A stretch of DNA of 63,840 bases, filler included, from Octopus bimaculoides (taxonomy: Eukaryota): the NCBI RefSeq assembly GCF_001194135.2. It is 5 parts of 5 records of this genome, joined end to end, with 100 filler letters (N's around TTAATTAATTAA, not from the genome) between each part and the next. Parts side by side here need not be neighbours in the genome. Positions count along the whole stretch, not along the records: positions 50,769 to 62,654 come from NC_068991.1; positions 62,755 to 63,840 come from NC_068999.1; 3 more parts are not named here. One strand, written 5' to 3'. Shown in pieces: positions 50,669 through 63,406 of this stretch. Below the pieces are notes generated by a model. That model was given only the letters and a program-made list of their open reading frames with translations, ran no database searches and was not told where the DNA came from. The first letter of the stretch is position 1. Each line of letters starts with the position of its first letter. The position numbers were made by a program, and so were the translations under genes.

Positions 50669-50768
50669 NNNNNNNNNNNNNNNNNNNNNNNNNNNNNNNN
50701 NNNNNNNNNNNNTTAATTAATTAANNNNNNNNNNNNNNNNNNNNNNNNNNNNNNNNNNNNNNNNNNNN
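50669..50768. other. Artificial 100-bp scaffold-join linker
   Basis: 44 N + TTAATTAATTAA (50713-50724) + 44 N. Confidence 0.95.
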
Positions 50769-50988
50769 AATTGTCTGCCATTATTTCCACTCATTTCTTC
50801 CTTATCGTCTCCCTTGTTTTCCATCAGTAACTCTCCCCTTCTTTCCATGTATTCTGTCTGCTTTTCTTTTTTTCCCCCTTTGTCCAATTTTTATCGCATA
50901 GCTCTATATTTCTTTATCTATATATTGTCTCGTCTTCATCTTTATACCTCTGTATCAACCTGTATCTCTTTTTCTATTCTACATCTCT

Positions 50989-51029
<41 letters not shown>

Positions 51030-51618
51030 AAATCACTCTCTATATATCTATCTATCTATCTATCTATCTTTCTATCTATCTATCTATCTATCTACCTATC
51101 TATCTATCTATCTATCTATCTCTTTCTCTCGCCCCTCTTTCTATCAAGGGTGAAACTTTATCCGACTGATTCACATTAGTTATATCGATTGAATCACGCA
51201 GAAGAGAAACGTTTTGGCAACAAACCAGATAACTTATCAATAACGACGGCGATGATAACAAAAACAACAAAAAAACAAAAAAAAACAGCAACGCAAACAA
51301 TAACAACAAACCACGCGGCACCAACAAAAGCAGAAATTAATTAACATAAGTTTGATCAAGCTCATTATAATATAATGTTGAACGTTATTATCACCGCCAT
51401 AATGATCTCAACCTTCATACAAACAACATCATCATCATCTTTATCATCATCGTCGTCGTCGTCGTCGTCGTCGTCGTATTATATCGAACAGCATTACGAT
51501 GAGAATTATCTAGCAGAGGAAAACATGAACAGTGATTAGTGAAACATGAAAAAGTGAAATACACTTTACTGAAATAACCAATGAGAATAGAGAAGGATGA
51601 CAATAATGATGGTGGTGG

Positions 51619-51659
<41 letters not shown>

Positions 51660-52840
51660 NNNNNNNNNNNNNNNNNNNNNNNNNNNNNNNNNNNNNNNNN
51701 NNNNNNNNNNNNNNNNNNNNNNNNNNNNNNNNNNNNNNNNNNNNNNNNNNNNNNNNNNNNNNNNNNNNNNNNNNNNNNNNNNNNNNNNNNNNNNNNNNNN
51801 NNNNNNNNNNNNNNNNNNNNNNNNNNNNNNNNNNNNNNNNNNNNNNNNNNNNNNNNNNNNNNNNNNNNNNNNNNNNNNNNNNNNNNNNNNNNNNNNNNNN
51901 NNNNNNNNNNNNNNNNNNNNNNNNNNNNNNNNNNNNNNNNNNNNNNNNNNNNNNNNNNNNNNNNNNNNNNNNNNNNNNNNNNNNNNNNNNNNNNNNNNNN
52001 NNNNNNNNNNNNNNNNNNNNNNNNNNNNNNNNNNNNNNGGGGAGGTGGGAAGAGTGCAAGACGATGACGATGACGCCGGCGACGGTAATCTGACCATGAC
52101 GACGACGAGGGTAAGGTGACGCCGCCGCCGACGATGACGACGACGACGACGATGACGACGACGACGATGATGATGATGATGATGATGATGAAGTCGAAGA
52201 CGGTGAAGTGACGATAAAGATTATAATGAAGACAGCGATGATGAAAATGATGAAGAGAAGCAGAAATACGTAGAAGAGGTGGAAAAATTAGAAGAGTTTG
52301 GACCAATGATGATGATGATGATGCTAATGGCAGCAGCATGACTTGACGACGATGATGATGATTAACAGAATAAAATTGATGGCGTTGATGCTTCCCCACC
52401 ATCACCATTGACCCCCTCTTGTTTATTTTGGGGTTTTTTTTTCCTTACAAATGATGATCGTCGTAATTGTAATGATCATGTATTTCCTAGTGTGAAAATA
52501 ACATAAAGGCCCAAATACCTCCCAGAGACAGAACGACCTGAGAGTTAAATCATATCGATCGAAATGGCGTTCGACCTTCGAAATATATACATTAGCTTTA
52601 ATCTAGGAATTGTGAATACGGTACAGCAACTCAATAAAAACTACAAGAAAAGAAACAACGAAAGGAGAGAAAGAATAAAACAACATTTTGTTCATTTCTT
52701 TTTTCCTCATATGCTGATGGTATTTCGACAGAAGTTGGCCTAATATCACCTGACGAAATGTGGAGGTTACGCAATAATACGCAATTACGTGATGTTATGT
52801 AGTAGTACAGAATCGTTAAATATAAACGTAATATAGAATA

Positions 52841-53219
52841 TAAATGTGGCGGTCCCATAAAGGACACCGTCCTTTCTGGGGCCGCCACATTTAGTTGGCA
52901 ATTATAATTTTACGATTCTGTACGGCTACTGTTTACTTCTCGCTCAGAGATTTATTATTACTTATTCTATTTCGAGATCAGCGACAGTTTTTCAATGGAA
53001 AAAGCATAGAGTATTTTACGTGTGGAAGGAGTTTTCATTACTAGTTCGTGATTATTACACACGGATGACGAGTTTTCTACCCAGAAACCCGGGGGGGGGG
53101 GGTGAATCACGTGAGGCTAGAGATGGGAACGATGATTTCCCCTCGCAAATACTCCTTGAGCTAAAAGACAGCAGTAGCATCGTCCTCTATGGGACCGCCG
53201 CATTTAGTTGGCAATTATA
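52841..53219. repeat. 25-bp hairpin plus a 38-bp downstream direct repeat
   Basis: Arms 52841-52865 / 52869-52893 (2 mismatches, loop ACC); 52869-52906 recurs at 53182-53219. Confidence 0.85.
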
Positions 53220-53261
53220 GCTATTCTTTTGTGTATTCATTTACACAATAGGTTTTTATAT

Positions 53262-53301
<40 letters not shown>

Positions 53302-53428
53302 CCTATTCGTTTACACAAATGAAGCTATAATCTCTCTCTCTCTCTCTTTCTCTCTCTCTTACTATCTCTCTCTCTTACTATCTCTCTCTCTTTCTCTCTA
53401 TCTCTCTCTGTCTCTCTCTCTTTCTTTC

Positions 53429-53481
<53 letters not shown>

Positions 53482-53788
53482 ATATCTATCTATCTATCTA
53501 ATTTCCAATGTGTCTGTCTCTTTCCTGAAGGAAATTCGGTATGTTTCTCTTAACATGAAGTTGAAAGTACCACCACGTGTAGACCTCATTTGACCAGGGC
53601 TACTTTGGGAGAGATATTTCATTGGTCTTTGAATTTACACGTGATCTACTCAAGTAAATTGACTGCAATGCCCAAGAGAACAGCACTCTTGTTTCTAGTT
53701 CTTTAATTCCTGGGGGGGGCCCCAGATGGAGCCGTGAATTGGTCGGCTTCTCTGCAGCAAAGCCCAGCAAATATCAAATAAAAGATCA

Positions 53789-54634
53789 CCAGAGATTTCC
53801 AGAGATTTCCAGAGATTTCCAGAGATTTCCAGAGATTTCCAGAGATTTCCAGAGATTTCCAGAGNNNNNNNNNNNNNNNNNNNNNNNNNNNNNNNNNNNN
53901 NNNNNNNNNNNNNNNNNNNNNNNNNNNNNNNNNNNNNNNNNNNNNNNNNNNNNNNNNNNNNNNNNNNNNNNNNNNNNNNNNNNNNNNNNNNNNNNNNNNN
54001 NNNNNNNNNNNNNNNNNNNNNNNNNNNNNNNNNNNNNNNNNNNNNNNNNNNNNNNNNNNNNNNNNNNNNNNNNNNNNNNNNNNNNNNNNNNNNNNNNNNN
54101 NNNNNNNNNNNNNNNNNNNNNNNNNNNNNNNNNNNNNNNNNNNNNNNNNNNNNNNNNNNNNNNNNNNNNNNNNNNNNNNNNNNNNNNNNNNNNNNNNNNN
54201 NNNNNNNNNNNNNNNNNNNNNNNNNNNNNNNNNNNNNNNNNNNNNNNNNNNNNNNNNNNNNNNNNNNNNNNNNNNNNNNNNNNNNNNNNNNNNNNNNNNN
54301 NNNNNNNNNNNNNNNNNNNNNNNNNNNNNNNNNNNNNNNNNNNNNNNNNNNNNNNNNNNNNNNNNNNNNNNNNNNNNNNNNNNNNNNNNNNNNNNNNNNN
54401 NNNNNNNNNNNNNNNNNNNNNNNNNNNNNNNNNNNNNNNNNNNNNNNNNNNNNNNNNNNNNNNNNNNNNNNNNNNNNNNNNNNNNNNNNNNNNNNNNNNN
54501 NNNNNNNNNNNNNNNNNNNNNNNNNNNNNNNNNNNNNNNNNNNNNNNNNNNNNNNNNNNNNNNNNNNNNNNNNNNNNNNNNNNNNNNNNNNNNNNNNNNN
54601 NNNAGATTTCCAGAGATTTCCAGAGATTTCCAGA
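53789..54634. repeat. 10-bp tandem repeat (CCAGAGATTT)n spanning a gap
   Basis: About 7.5 exact units before the gap and about 3 after; array collapsed in the assembly. Confidence 0.95.
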
Positions 54635-54772
54635 GGCAGACACACACGCATACATACATACACACATACATACATACACACACACATACACACATACATA
54701 CATACATACATACATACATGCATACGTACATACATGCATGCATACATGAAGGCAGACGGGCAAACAGAGAAG

Positions 54773-54809
<37 letters not shown>

Positions 54810-55267
54810 AGAAAGAGACAGACAGACAGACAGACAGACAGATAGATAGATAGATAGATAGATAGATACATAATGGGTCTCTGTACATGACTGAACATTT
54901 GAATAAGTAAATATATGCATGTATGTATGCATGCGCGTACATACATACATACATACATACATACATACAATATAGCTAGATAAAACAGATATGCGGAACA
55001 ATAAAATAGCAACCGACGCAAAACCAAGAAAACTCTGTTCCTTTAATATTAAGTAGATCCGTGATGTAACGGTGAACGTGATATACTTAAGACACCTTGA
55101 ACGAGTGGAAATCTGGTTTTGACAGCCAAATACCAATTTACTTGCGGAAGATGCAGCTCTCTTGGTGCAATTCTGAATATATTGCAGAATTAGTCATTGC
55201 GTATCTATATTTTGTATGCACAATCTTTTACGATATTATATTATATATGTTGTAGCATATGAATATA

Positions 55268-55560
55268 AATGTGCGGTTCTGTGATAAATAAGCCAGGTTT
55301 GCAACAGTGCGGTTTCGGGTTCGGTCCTACAGCACTTCGATTAAATCTCTTCTTTTATAGCCTCATGCCAATCAGTGTCTTGTTAGTGAATTTGGTAGAT
55401 AGAAACTCTGTGTGTATGTTTGTCCTGCCGACACCGCTAAACAAACGTGGTGGTTTGTTTACATCTCTCACATATAGCAGCTCGGCAAGTCTGTAGAAGT
55501 GTCGAGGTTTTTCACTAAACCACTCAAGGTGTGGTCACGGTCCAAAGACCGATACATTAC
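55268..55560 (+). mobile_element. Old diverged family A SINE
   Basis: Colinear degraded head, TTTGGTAGA..GAAAC, and tail. Confidence 0.5.
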
Positions 55561-55721
55561 AACGTAAAATGGCCAAGATACAGCAATTTTGTGGAGAGGT
55601 GCATAGTCAGTAGCAAAGCAATCGATACTTGAGTGGTATATATTTTATCTTCACCGATAGATACTGCTACAGGCGAGGGGATAATAATAATAATAATAAT
55701 AACAACAACAACAACAGCAAC

Positions 55722-55779
<58 letters not shown>

Positions 55780-56837
55780 GTAATAATAATCCTTTCTACT
55801 ATTGNNNNNNNNNNNNNNNNNNNNNNNNNNNNNNNNNNNNNNNNNNNNNNNNNNNNNNNNNNNNNNNNNNNNNNNNNNNNNNNNNNNNNNNNNNNNNNNN
55901 NNNNNNNNNNNNNNNNNNNNNNNNNNNNNNNNNNNNNNNNNNNNNNNNNNNNNNNNNNNNNNNNNNNNNNNNNNNNNNNNNNNNNNNNNNNNNNNNNNNN
56001 NNNNNNNNNNNNNNNNNNNNNNNNNNNNNNNNNNNNNNNNNNNNNNNNNNNNNNNNNNNNNNNNNNNNNNNNNNNNNNNNNNNNNNNNNNNNNNNNNNNN
56101 NNNNNNNNNNNNNNNNNNNNNNNNNNNNNNNNNNNNNNNNNNNNNNNNNNNNNNNNNNNNNNNNNNNNNNNNNNNNNNNNNNNNNNNNNNNNNNNNNNNN
56201 NNNNNNNNNNNNNNNNNNNNNNNNNNNNNNNNNNNNNNNNNNNNNNNNNNNNNNNNNNNNNNNNNNNNNNNNNNNNNNNNNNNNNNNNNNNNNNNNNNNN
56301 NNNNNNNNNNNNNNNNNNNNNNNNNNNNNNNNNNNNNNNNNNNNNNNNNNNNNNNNNNNNNNNNNNNNNNNNNNNNNNNNNNNNNNNNNNNNNNNNNNNN
56401 NNNNNNNNNNNNNNNNNNNNNNNNNNNNNNNNNNNNNNNNNNNNNNNNNNNNNNNNNNNNNNNNNNNNNNNNNNNNNNNNNNNNNNNNNNNNNNNNNNNN
56501 NNNNNNNNNNNNNNNNNNNNNNNNNNNNNNNNNNNNNNNNNNNNNNNNNNNNNNNNNNNNNNNNNNNNNNNNNNNNNNNNNNNNNNNNNNNNNNNNNNNN
56601 NNNNNNNNNNNNNNNNNNNNNNNNNNNNNNNNNNNNNNNNNNNNNNNNNNNNNNNNNNNNNNNNNNNNNNNNNNNNNNNNNNNNNNNNNNNNNNNNNNNN
56701 NNNNNNNNNNNNNNNNNNNNNNNNNNNNNNNNNNNNNNNNNNNNNNNNNNNNNNNNNNNNNNNNNNNNNNNNNNTATATATCAGTGTGGGTTAGAGGTTG
56801 AGAAACTAATTAAGGGATGTCTGTCGATTTTGTATCC

Positions 56838-57027
56838 GAGCGGTATTTCGTCTACCGTTACGTTCTGAATTCAATTTACGCCTAGGTCGACATTGTCTTT
56901 CCATCCCTTCGGGGTCGATTAAATAAGTACCAGTTACGCACTGGGGTCGATGTAATCGACTTAATAATTTTTTCTGTGTCTGTCCTTGTTTGTGCCCTCC
57001 ATGCTTAGCCCCCTGTGGGCAATAACA
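56838..57027 (+). mobile_element. Family B SINE
   Basis: GCGGTATTTCGTCT...TTCGGGGTCGATTAAATAAGTACCAGTTACGCACTGGGGTCGA. Confidence 0.85.
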
Positions 57028-57067
57028 AATTACATTTGTATATATATATATAGTGTANNNNNNNNNN

Positions 57068-57101
<34 letters not shown>

Positions 57102-57539
57102 TTACTCTAAAATACTGCTTCTGAATGACTCTCGTTGAGAGATTTAGAAATAAAAAATTTTGTATTATTTCAAATATGTTGCTTTATCTTTTCTGCGCAT
57201 TTATTTCTTACATACGTGTGCTTAGGTTTGTTTAGGCGGGGAGGGAATCTTAGTTGATGTAATGTAAAAATGATAAATATGGCAATTTACAATGTAATCA
57301 GGAGACTACCAGATATTTTGGAACTTTATTCGGTATTTTAACAACAGCATTCCCAGTGCGTAGTAAATTGGATGGGTGTCTTCGGTTATAGACGTGGGTT
57401 GACCAATGCGTTGTGGGAGAATTCGCTAGACAAATAGTGTGTGTCTGCTCCAGCATGACCACAGCCTTTGGGCTGAGTAGCGCAAGAAAAAGAACAGAAC
57501 AAATGCATATTTATATAGACATAAACATATATGTATATA

Positions 57540-57594
<55 letters not shown>

Positions 57595-57794
57595 ATTAGT
57601 AAGTCTTTGAAGTATATATTCAAGAAGCCAATACGAATGTCATTGAGTTTTGACCTATAGTTTATAAAATTCTTTTGTACTTTACTTAATGTACTACACG
57701 TATCCATTTATGTGTAATGTGTTGTGAGAAACAGAATACAATACGATATAGACAATTGTAGCCCATTTTAAACATGTGACATACNNNNNNNNNN

Positions 57795-57851
<57 letters not shown>

Positions 57852-58231
57852 CTGTGTGTAGGTATGTATTTGTGTATGTATGTAAGTAAGTATGTCATGT
57901 TTCAATATGAATTTTCACACTATATTTTGACAAGTTTACGATATTACACATTACAACTTATTTCCTGTTTTACAATCTTCGTTTCCGTGTTTTTCCAGTA
58001 GCAACATTAGCTAATGTACCTTACATATCAGAACTGTTTCCAACTGACGGAATTTTTACTTGAAATACCTTATCAACTTTATTTTAACTATTGAGGTTCG
58101 GCGTTACATTTTGATAACGCGTTAGCACAGTTGACATCGGCAGCGGTTAGACATAAAAACAATTGTCAACATATAAGCGATACAATGAAAGTGTAAATTT
58201 GAATCAGTAATACTATAAATATTATTCTATG

Positions 58232-58265
<34 letters not shown>

Positions 58266-58399
58266 TTCATAGTTTAAGAGCGTAACGTTCCTGATGAAGT
58301 AGAATGTAGAACATCTTTCAGAGAAACACGTGTAAATATTTAATATGTAAATAATTTCACGGTAAATACCCATGTCTTGTAGAGTATATATGTGTACGT

Positions 58400-58615
58400 A
58401 AGGCGGCGAGCTGGCTGAGTCGTTAGCACGCCGGGCAAAATGCTGAGCGGTATTTCGTGCGTCTTCACGTTCCGGGCTCTAATTCCGTCGAGGTCGACTT
58501 TGCCTTTCATCCTTTTGTGGTCGATTAATAAAGTATCATTTGTATACTGGGGTCGAGCAAATTGACGGACCCCCTTCCCCAAAATTTCGGGCCTTATACC
58601 TAGAGTAGAAAAGAT
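58400..58615 (+). mobile_element. Family B SINE, full length
   Basis: AAGGCGGCGAGCTGG...GTTAGCACGCCGGGC...AAAATTTCGGGCCTT. Confidence 0.85.
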
Positions 58616-58619
58616 TAGT

Positions 58620-59163
58620 ATTATTATTATTATTATTATTATGTGAGACAGCAGCGCATGCCATGAAAGTGACACTGGGGTACAATTACATGAAGCTCAT
58701 AATATCCATCATGACTACCCGTCTCGTAAGTGCTCACTAGGCATATGCCTCATAGCCACATGTGTACGACATGGTGATCTTATGTCGATATAAACAGCGC
58801 ATGACCTTGCAGATGGGGCCCAGTTACAATTTTCGACAAGTTGAGTAGCCCATCCTGCTCAAAAGGTCCCCGAATAAGGGTTTTTTAATGATGTTGAACG
58901 AAACACCCATGTTTCCAAAGGTGAATTATCCACACCCCAACGAATTCCCTTTAACACATGGCTACGATGCTCCCCTACTATTTCTGATTNNNNNNNNNNT
59001 TCCCTTTAACACTTGGCTACGATGCTCCCCTACTATTTCTGATTGTGATCACAGATGCACATATCGTCAGCCACCAAGGGGCAAGCTCAGCTGATTAAAG
59101 TCAAACCACTGACAAGTAAATCTGTGGTATTGAGCAGAATATTTGCTGTAGCCCATCTTTTAT
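58620..59163 (-). mobile_element. (TAA)n-tailed non-coding retroposon (SINE-like family E)
   Basis: About 540-bp element beginning ATAAAAGATGGGCTACAGCAAATATTCTGCTC on the minus strand and ending in (AAT)n; recalled as a common octopus repeat. Confidence 0.55.
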
Positions 59164-59659
59164 TATTATTATTCCTTTACCTCAATTGAATCGTTCAGAT
59201 ATTTCTTCGATCGTTCATTGAACCTCACATCCGCTAACACTACCACTATCTTTTGCTCCAACTCTAATACATGCAATCTGGCAATGCTACATGTTCGGCC
59301 ATCACCGTTTAATTTTCTCATCTTCTACTACTATCTTAGAAGCATTTTGTTTTTCACTCGCCAATTAATTAATTAAATATTAATTAATATTATTTGCTCG
59401 TAAACTAATATTTCTATTAACCATATGAATTTCATTCATTACTTTATTAGTTTTCCTTCAATTTCTCCGACAATTTCTCTCATATCGCAAACGCTCAGCG
59501 AAACGATTCCGTTGCATCATACCCCGACCTGCTAAAATTAACAGTGAAATTTAACCACTTTACTTTTGTCATTGCACTACATCGTTATGCCTTTTCATTT
59601 CATTGTGTTGTGTTATCGTTTTTATCATGCAATGCTGAGATAATAAAAGAAAATTGAAT

Positions 59660-59770
59660 GGATGAAAGGCAAAGTCGACCTCAGCAGAATTTGAAATCAC
59701 AACATAGCGACGGACGAAAACTCACTAAGCATTTTTCCCCGCGTGCTAACGACTCTGCCAGCTCGCCACC

Positions 59771-59772
<2 letters not shown>
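59660..59772 (-). mobile_element. Family B SINE 5' half
   Basis: GGATGAAAGGCAAAGTCGACCTC...GCCAGCTCGCCACCTT. Confidence 0.8.
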
Positions 59773-59816
<44 letters not shown>

Positions 59817-59887
59817 TAATAATNNNNNNNNNNTAATAACAATAATAATAATTATTATTATTATTATTATTATTATCATTGTTATTA

Positions 59888-59984
<97 letters not shown>

Positions 59985-60462
59985 AGCAACAACAACAGCA
60001 CTATTAATGCAAATAATACCCATTAGTAAACGAAACGCAACCCACTGTCACCCATATTTATTGTCAACATAAAATAATGAAGTAGTGACGCTAACGGCCC
60101 CCAGGCCTTCAGCGGAACCATGCTTCTCAATTAAAATATTGTCAGACAATATGTCTGCCATTGTCGCAGATTCATTCACATCCTACTTAGAGTCAATAAG
60201 ATAGATTCCTCTGTGGATTATACGCTTGATGAGATTTTGATCATATGAAAATAGAATTATAGTTTAGATTTTACAAATTCTAATGCATTAAGATATTGAG
60301 AATTACATACACGTATGGATTAGGTTTACTTTGCAGATAGGAAGGTAGTAGGTAGGTAGGTAGGTAGGTAGGTAGGTAGGTAGGTAGGTAGGTAGATAGA
60401 TAGATAGATAGTTTGATAGGTAGGGAGACAGAGAGAGAGAGAGGTAGGGAGGGAACTTTAAG

Positions 60463-61060
60463 CAGGCATGGGTGTGTGGTAAGAAGTTTGCTTCCTAACC
60501 ACATGGTTCCGGGTTCAGTCCCACTGCGTGGCACCTTAGGCAACTGTCTCCTACTATAGCCTGTCGTATATANNNNNNNNNNNNNNNNNNNNNNNNNNNN
60601 NNNNNNNNNNNNNNNNNNCAGGGGGCTAAACATAGAGGGGAGAAACAAGGCCAAATAAAGGGATTATGTCGATTACATCTACCCCAGTGCGTAACTGGTA
60701 CTTATTTAATCGACCCCAAAACGATGAAAGGCAAAGTCGACCTCGGCGTAATTTGAACTCAGAACATATCGGCAGCCAAAATACCGCTAAGCATTTCGCC
60801 CAGCGTGCCAACGATTCTAGTCTGCCAGCTCGCCACCCTAGATTTATATATATATATATATTCGTATACATTCATGTGTGTGCCTGTGATTGCCCAACCA
60901 TCGCTTGACAACCGATGTTGGCGTGTTTACCTCACCGCAATGTAGCGTTTCGGCAATAGTGACCGATAGAATAAATCCTGGGCTCGATTTGCTCGACTAA
61001 AGGCGGTGCTCCAGCATGGCCGCAGGTAAATGTCTGAAACGAGTAAAAGAACAAAAGAAT
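60463..61060 (+). mobile_element. Family A SINE interrupted by a gap and an antisense family B SINE
   Basis: Head at 60463-60567, tail at 60880-61060. Confidence 0.7.
60619..60838 (-). mobile_element. Family B SINE nested in a family A copy
   Basis: Full colinear copy. Confidence 0.85.
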
Positions 61061-61681
61061 TTAAAAAAAGAACGTTAGATAGAAAGCCTTCCCTGCCGAA
61101 CATGCACGTCGTTTTGAAAGAAAAACAGACAGGAAAGTGTTTGAGCAGAGATTCCAGCAATGATAGATCACCAACAGTACACTTGAGCTTTATGGAGCTT
61201 TGAAGATGCTAGAGACGATTAAATGAATTAATTGGATTTGCGAAGCAATTAATTGAAACTTGAAAGTTCTATGACTTTCTGCTTCAGTTACAGAATCTCA
61301 TATTTTCTTCTGCAATTGCTCTGTCTTCCTCCACAATGATTTGCGGTTCGGCTTTGGTTGACAACGTAAAACTCATCGATCATCTTACGCTTCTCTGGTG
61401 TATATGTGCGCAGTCGCGTGGACGTGTGTGGGTGTGAATACTTATAGATATTATAATCGTAATAATAATAATCAGACAAATGCGTAACAAAAATACCAGG
61501 ACTAACAAATATATATATATATATATATATAACATACAGTAAATGGCACTGCTAGGCACCGCACACATCCAACGTAGTACACTTTTAACACAGTGAAAAT
61601 AAGAGCACCACAACAAACCACAGTACATACCCAAGACACACAGAGCTGCGCTCGGTAGTGAAATAAAAATAAGACTACTGA

Positions 61682-61733
<52 letters not shown>

Positions 61734-62654
61734 GTCGACCTTTATATCTCTATTCATGTTAAACATAACCTTTCTCTCTTTTATTTCAGATGGCTTTTTC
61801 TAAATGCATTTATTGGTTGTCGATTTCACGATAACCGATAAATGTGTGTGCGTGTTTATTTATGTATGTGTGTGAGTGTAAATGTGTGTCTCCGTGTCTT
61901 TCTGTGTATATGTGTGTATGTATTTGCTTGCGTGTGTGTATGTGTGTGTTAAATCTCCAAACCTAACGTCCTCTAGAGAATATCAGCTACAACATGTTAC
62001 TGCAGCATCGCCTCTCATTTTTCTGTCTATCCGGTTTCAAATATTCATCTAATGCATCTATAATATTCGATCCTAGACATTTCTTTCGTTTTGTGTACCT
62101 TGTATACTCGCATGTTCATTAATTCCAAACGTTTGTTATTGTGTTCATATACTTTAAATCCCTCATCACCATTTCTTTCTGCAATATATTTTCAGTGTTC
62201 TTAATTAATTTTCGTTTTATCATCGCTGCTTTGACGCAATATTTCTAATCTAAGTCTCGTGTGCTTTTGCTTGCTTATCACCTACAGACTTCATCATGAG
62301 GATTTCCAGTTGCAATAAATATTTAATTGTCTTCCGACAGCATTACATCCGAATCCAGTCTGGTTAAGCATACTGGTTAATGGTGTCAATGCGAAGCAGA
62401 AAGGATTGCAGAGACGAATTCTCTTTGGAATATTTCTCTCCTAAAAGAGATGCTGTTAGTTTTGATCATTGTCTCTTTTGTCTGCTACTGCAGAATTGTT
62501 TGCCATTTATTCATGTTTATTTTTTTTTTTTCTTTTCTATGAAAACCATTATACCACTTAAAATAAAATCGTGGGTGCATAACATAACGGTATTATATTG
62601 TTCGCGAAGGCGGTGGTGAGGCGGTGGTGAGGTGGTGGTGGTGGTGGTGGTGGT

Positions 62655-62754
62655 NNNNNNNNNNNNNNNNNNNNNNNNNNNNNNNNNNNNNNNNNNNNTT
62701 AATTAATTAANNNNNNNNNNNNNNNNNNNNNNNNNNNNNNNNNNNNNNNNNNNN
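62655..62754. other. Artificial 100-bp scaffold-join linker
   Basis: 44 N + TTAATTAATTAA (62699-62710) + 44 N. Confidence 0.95.
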
Positions 62755-63406
62755 AAATAGAATGGAAATTTAAATCGATGAAAATTATCGAAAATCAATT
62801 CTATTCAAAAATACAGCTAATCTTCAGGTCAAAATACAACAATAATAGTAATAAATAAATGTATATATCAACCAACAATAAGTACCAAATGAATTTATAT
62901 AAAATACTTATTGTATAAAGATAGAAAAATATTATTAAAAATATCAAAATTATAAACATTCCATAATCAACCCTACATCCATTATGATATATGCTAACAG
63001 GTATATTATATACAAAAAACAGCTTAAATAAATTTTTATCGTTTTAAATACAATTTGAACGAAGTTTAAGGTTAAAATAATAATAAAGATAATATTAGCA
63101 CATATTTAAATGATACAATAGTTAAAGCTAGACTATTTAGGTAATAATAAGAATAATAGGTATTATGATATTAAATTATCTAAACATAAACATAATTTTA
63201 ATGGAAACAATTTTAATTTTTTTAATGATAATAATAAATTTAATAATATTAATAATAAATTCAATATCTATAATAAGAACAAACTCTGGCTAATTATTCC
63301 ATACGGCATTCAAGTTAAAACTAACATTATTAATGAAATTTTAAAAGTTAATGGTATATTACTTAGAGGTAATAAAAAATATCATTATATATTTTCTACA
63401 AATAAT

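Noticed and set aside
53789-54634. CRISPR-like array or LEISGNLWKS repeat protein
   Set aside because: Contiguous 10-bp units with no spacers, no cas genes and a eukaryotic context; the peptide is just the repeat translated across Ns.
57999-58063. Terminal exon with YISELFPT (MFS transporter-like motif) after a strong acceptor
   Set aside because: The expected following Arg and downstream helices are absent, a stop follows immediately, and no partner exon was found.
52519-61400. Minus-strand exon candidates (52519-52575, about 59176-59316, about 61290-61375) and + strand acceptors at 61789 and 62340
   Set aside because: Conflicting strands, weak splice signals on one side of each and no recognisable protein; cannot be separated from chance.
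62755-63405. Host mitochondrial insertion (NUMT)
   Set aside because: I could not match any frame under the invertebrate mitochondrial code to cephalopod mitochondrial proteins or rRNA from memory; not asserted, left open for BLAST.
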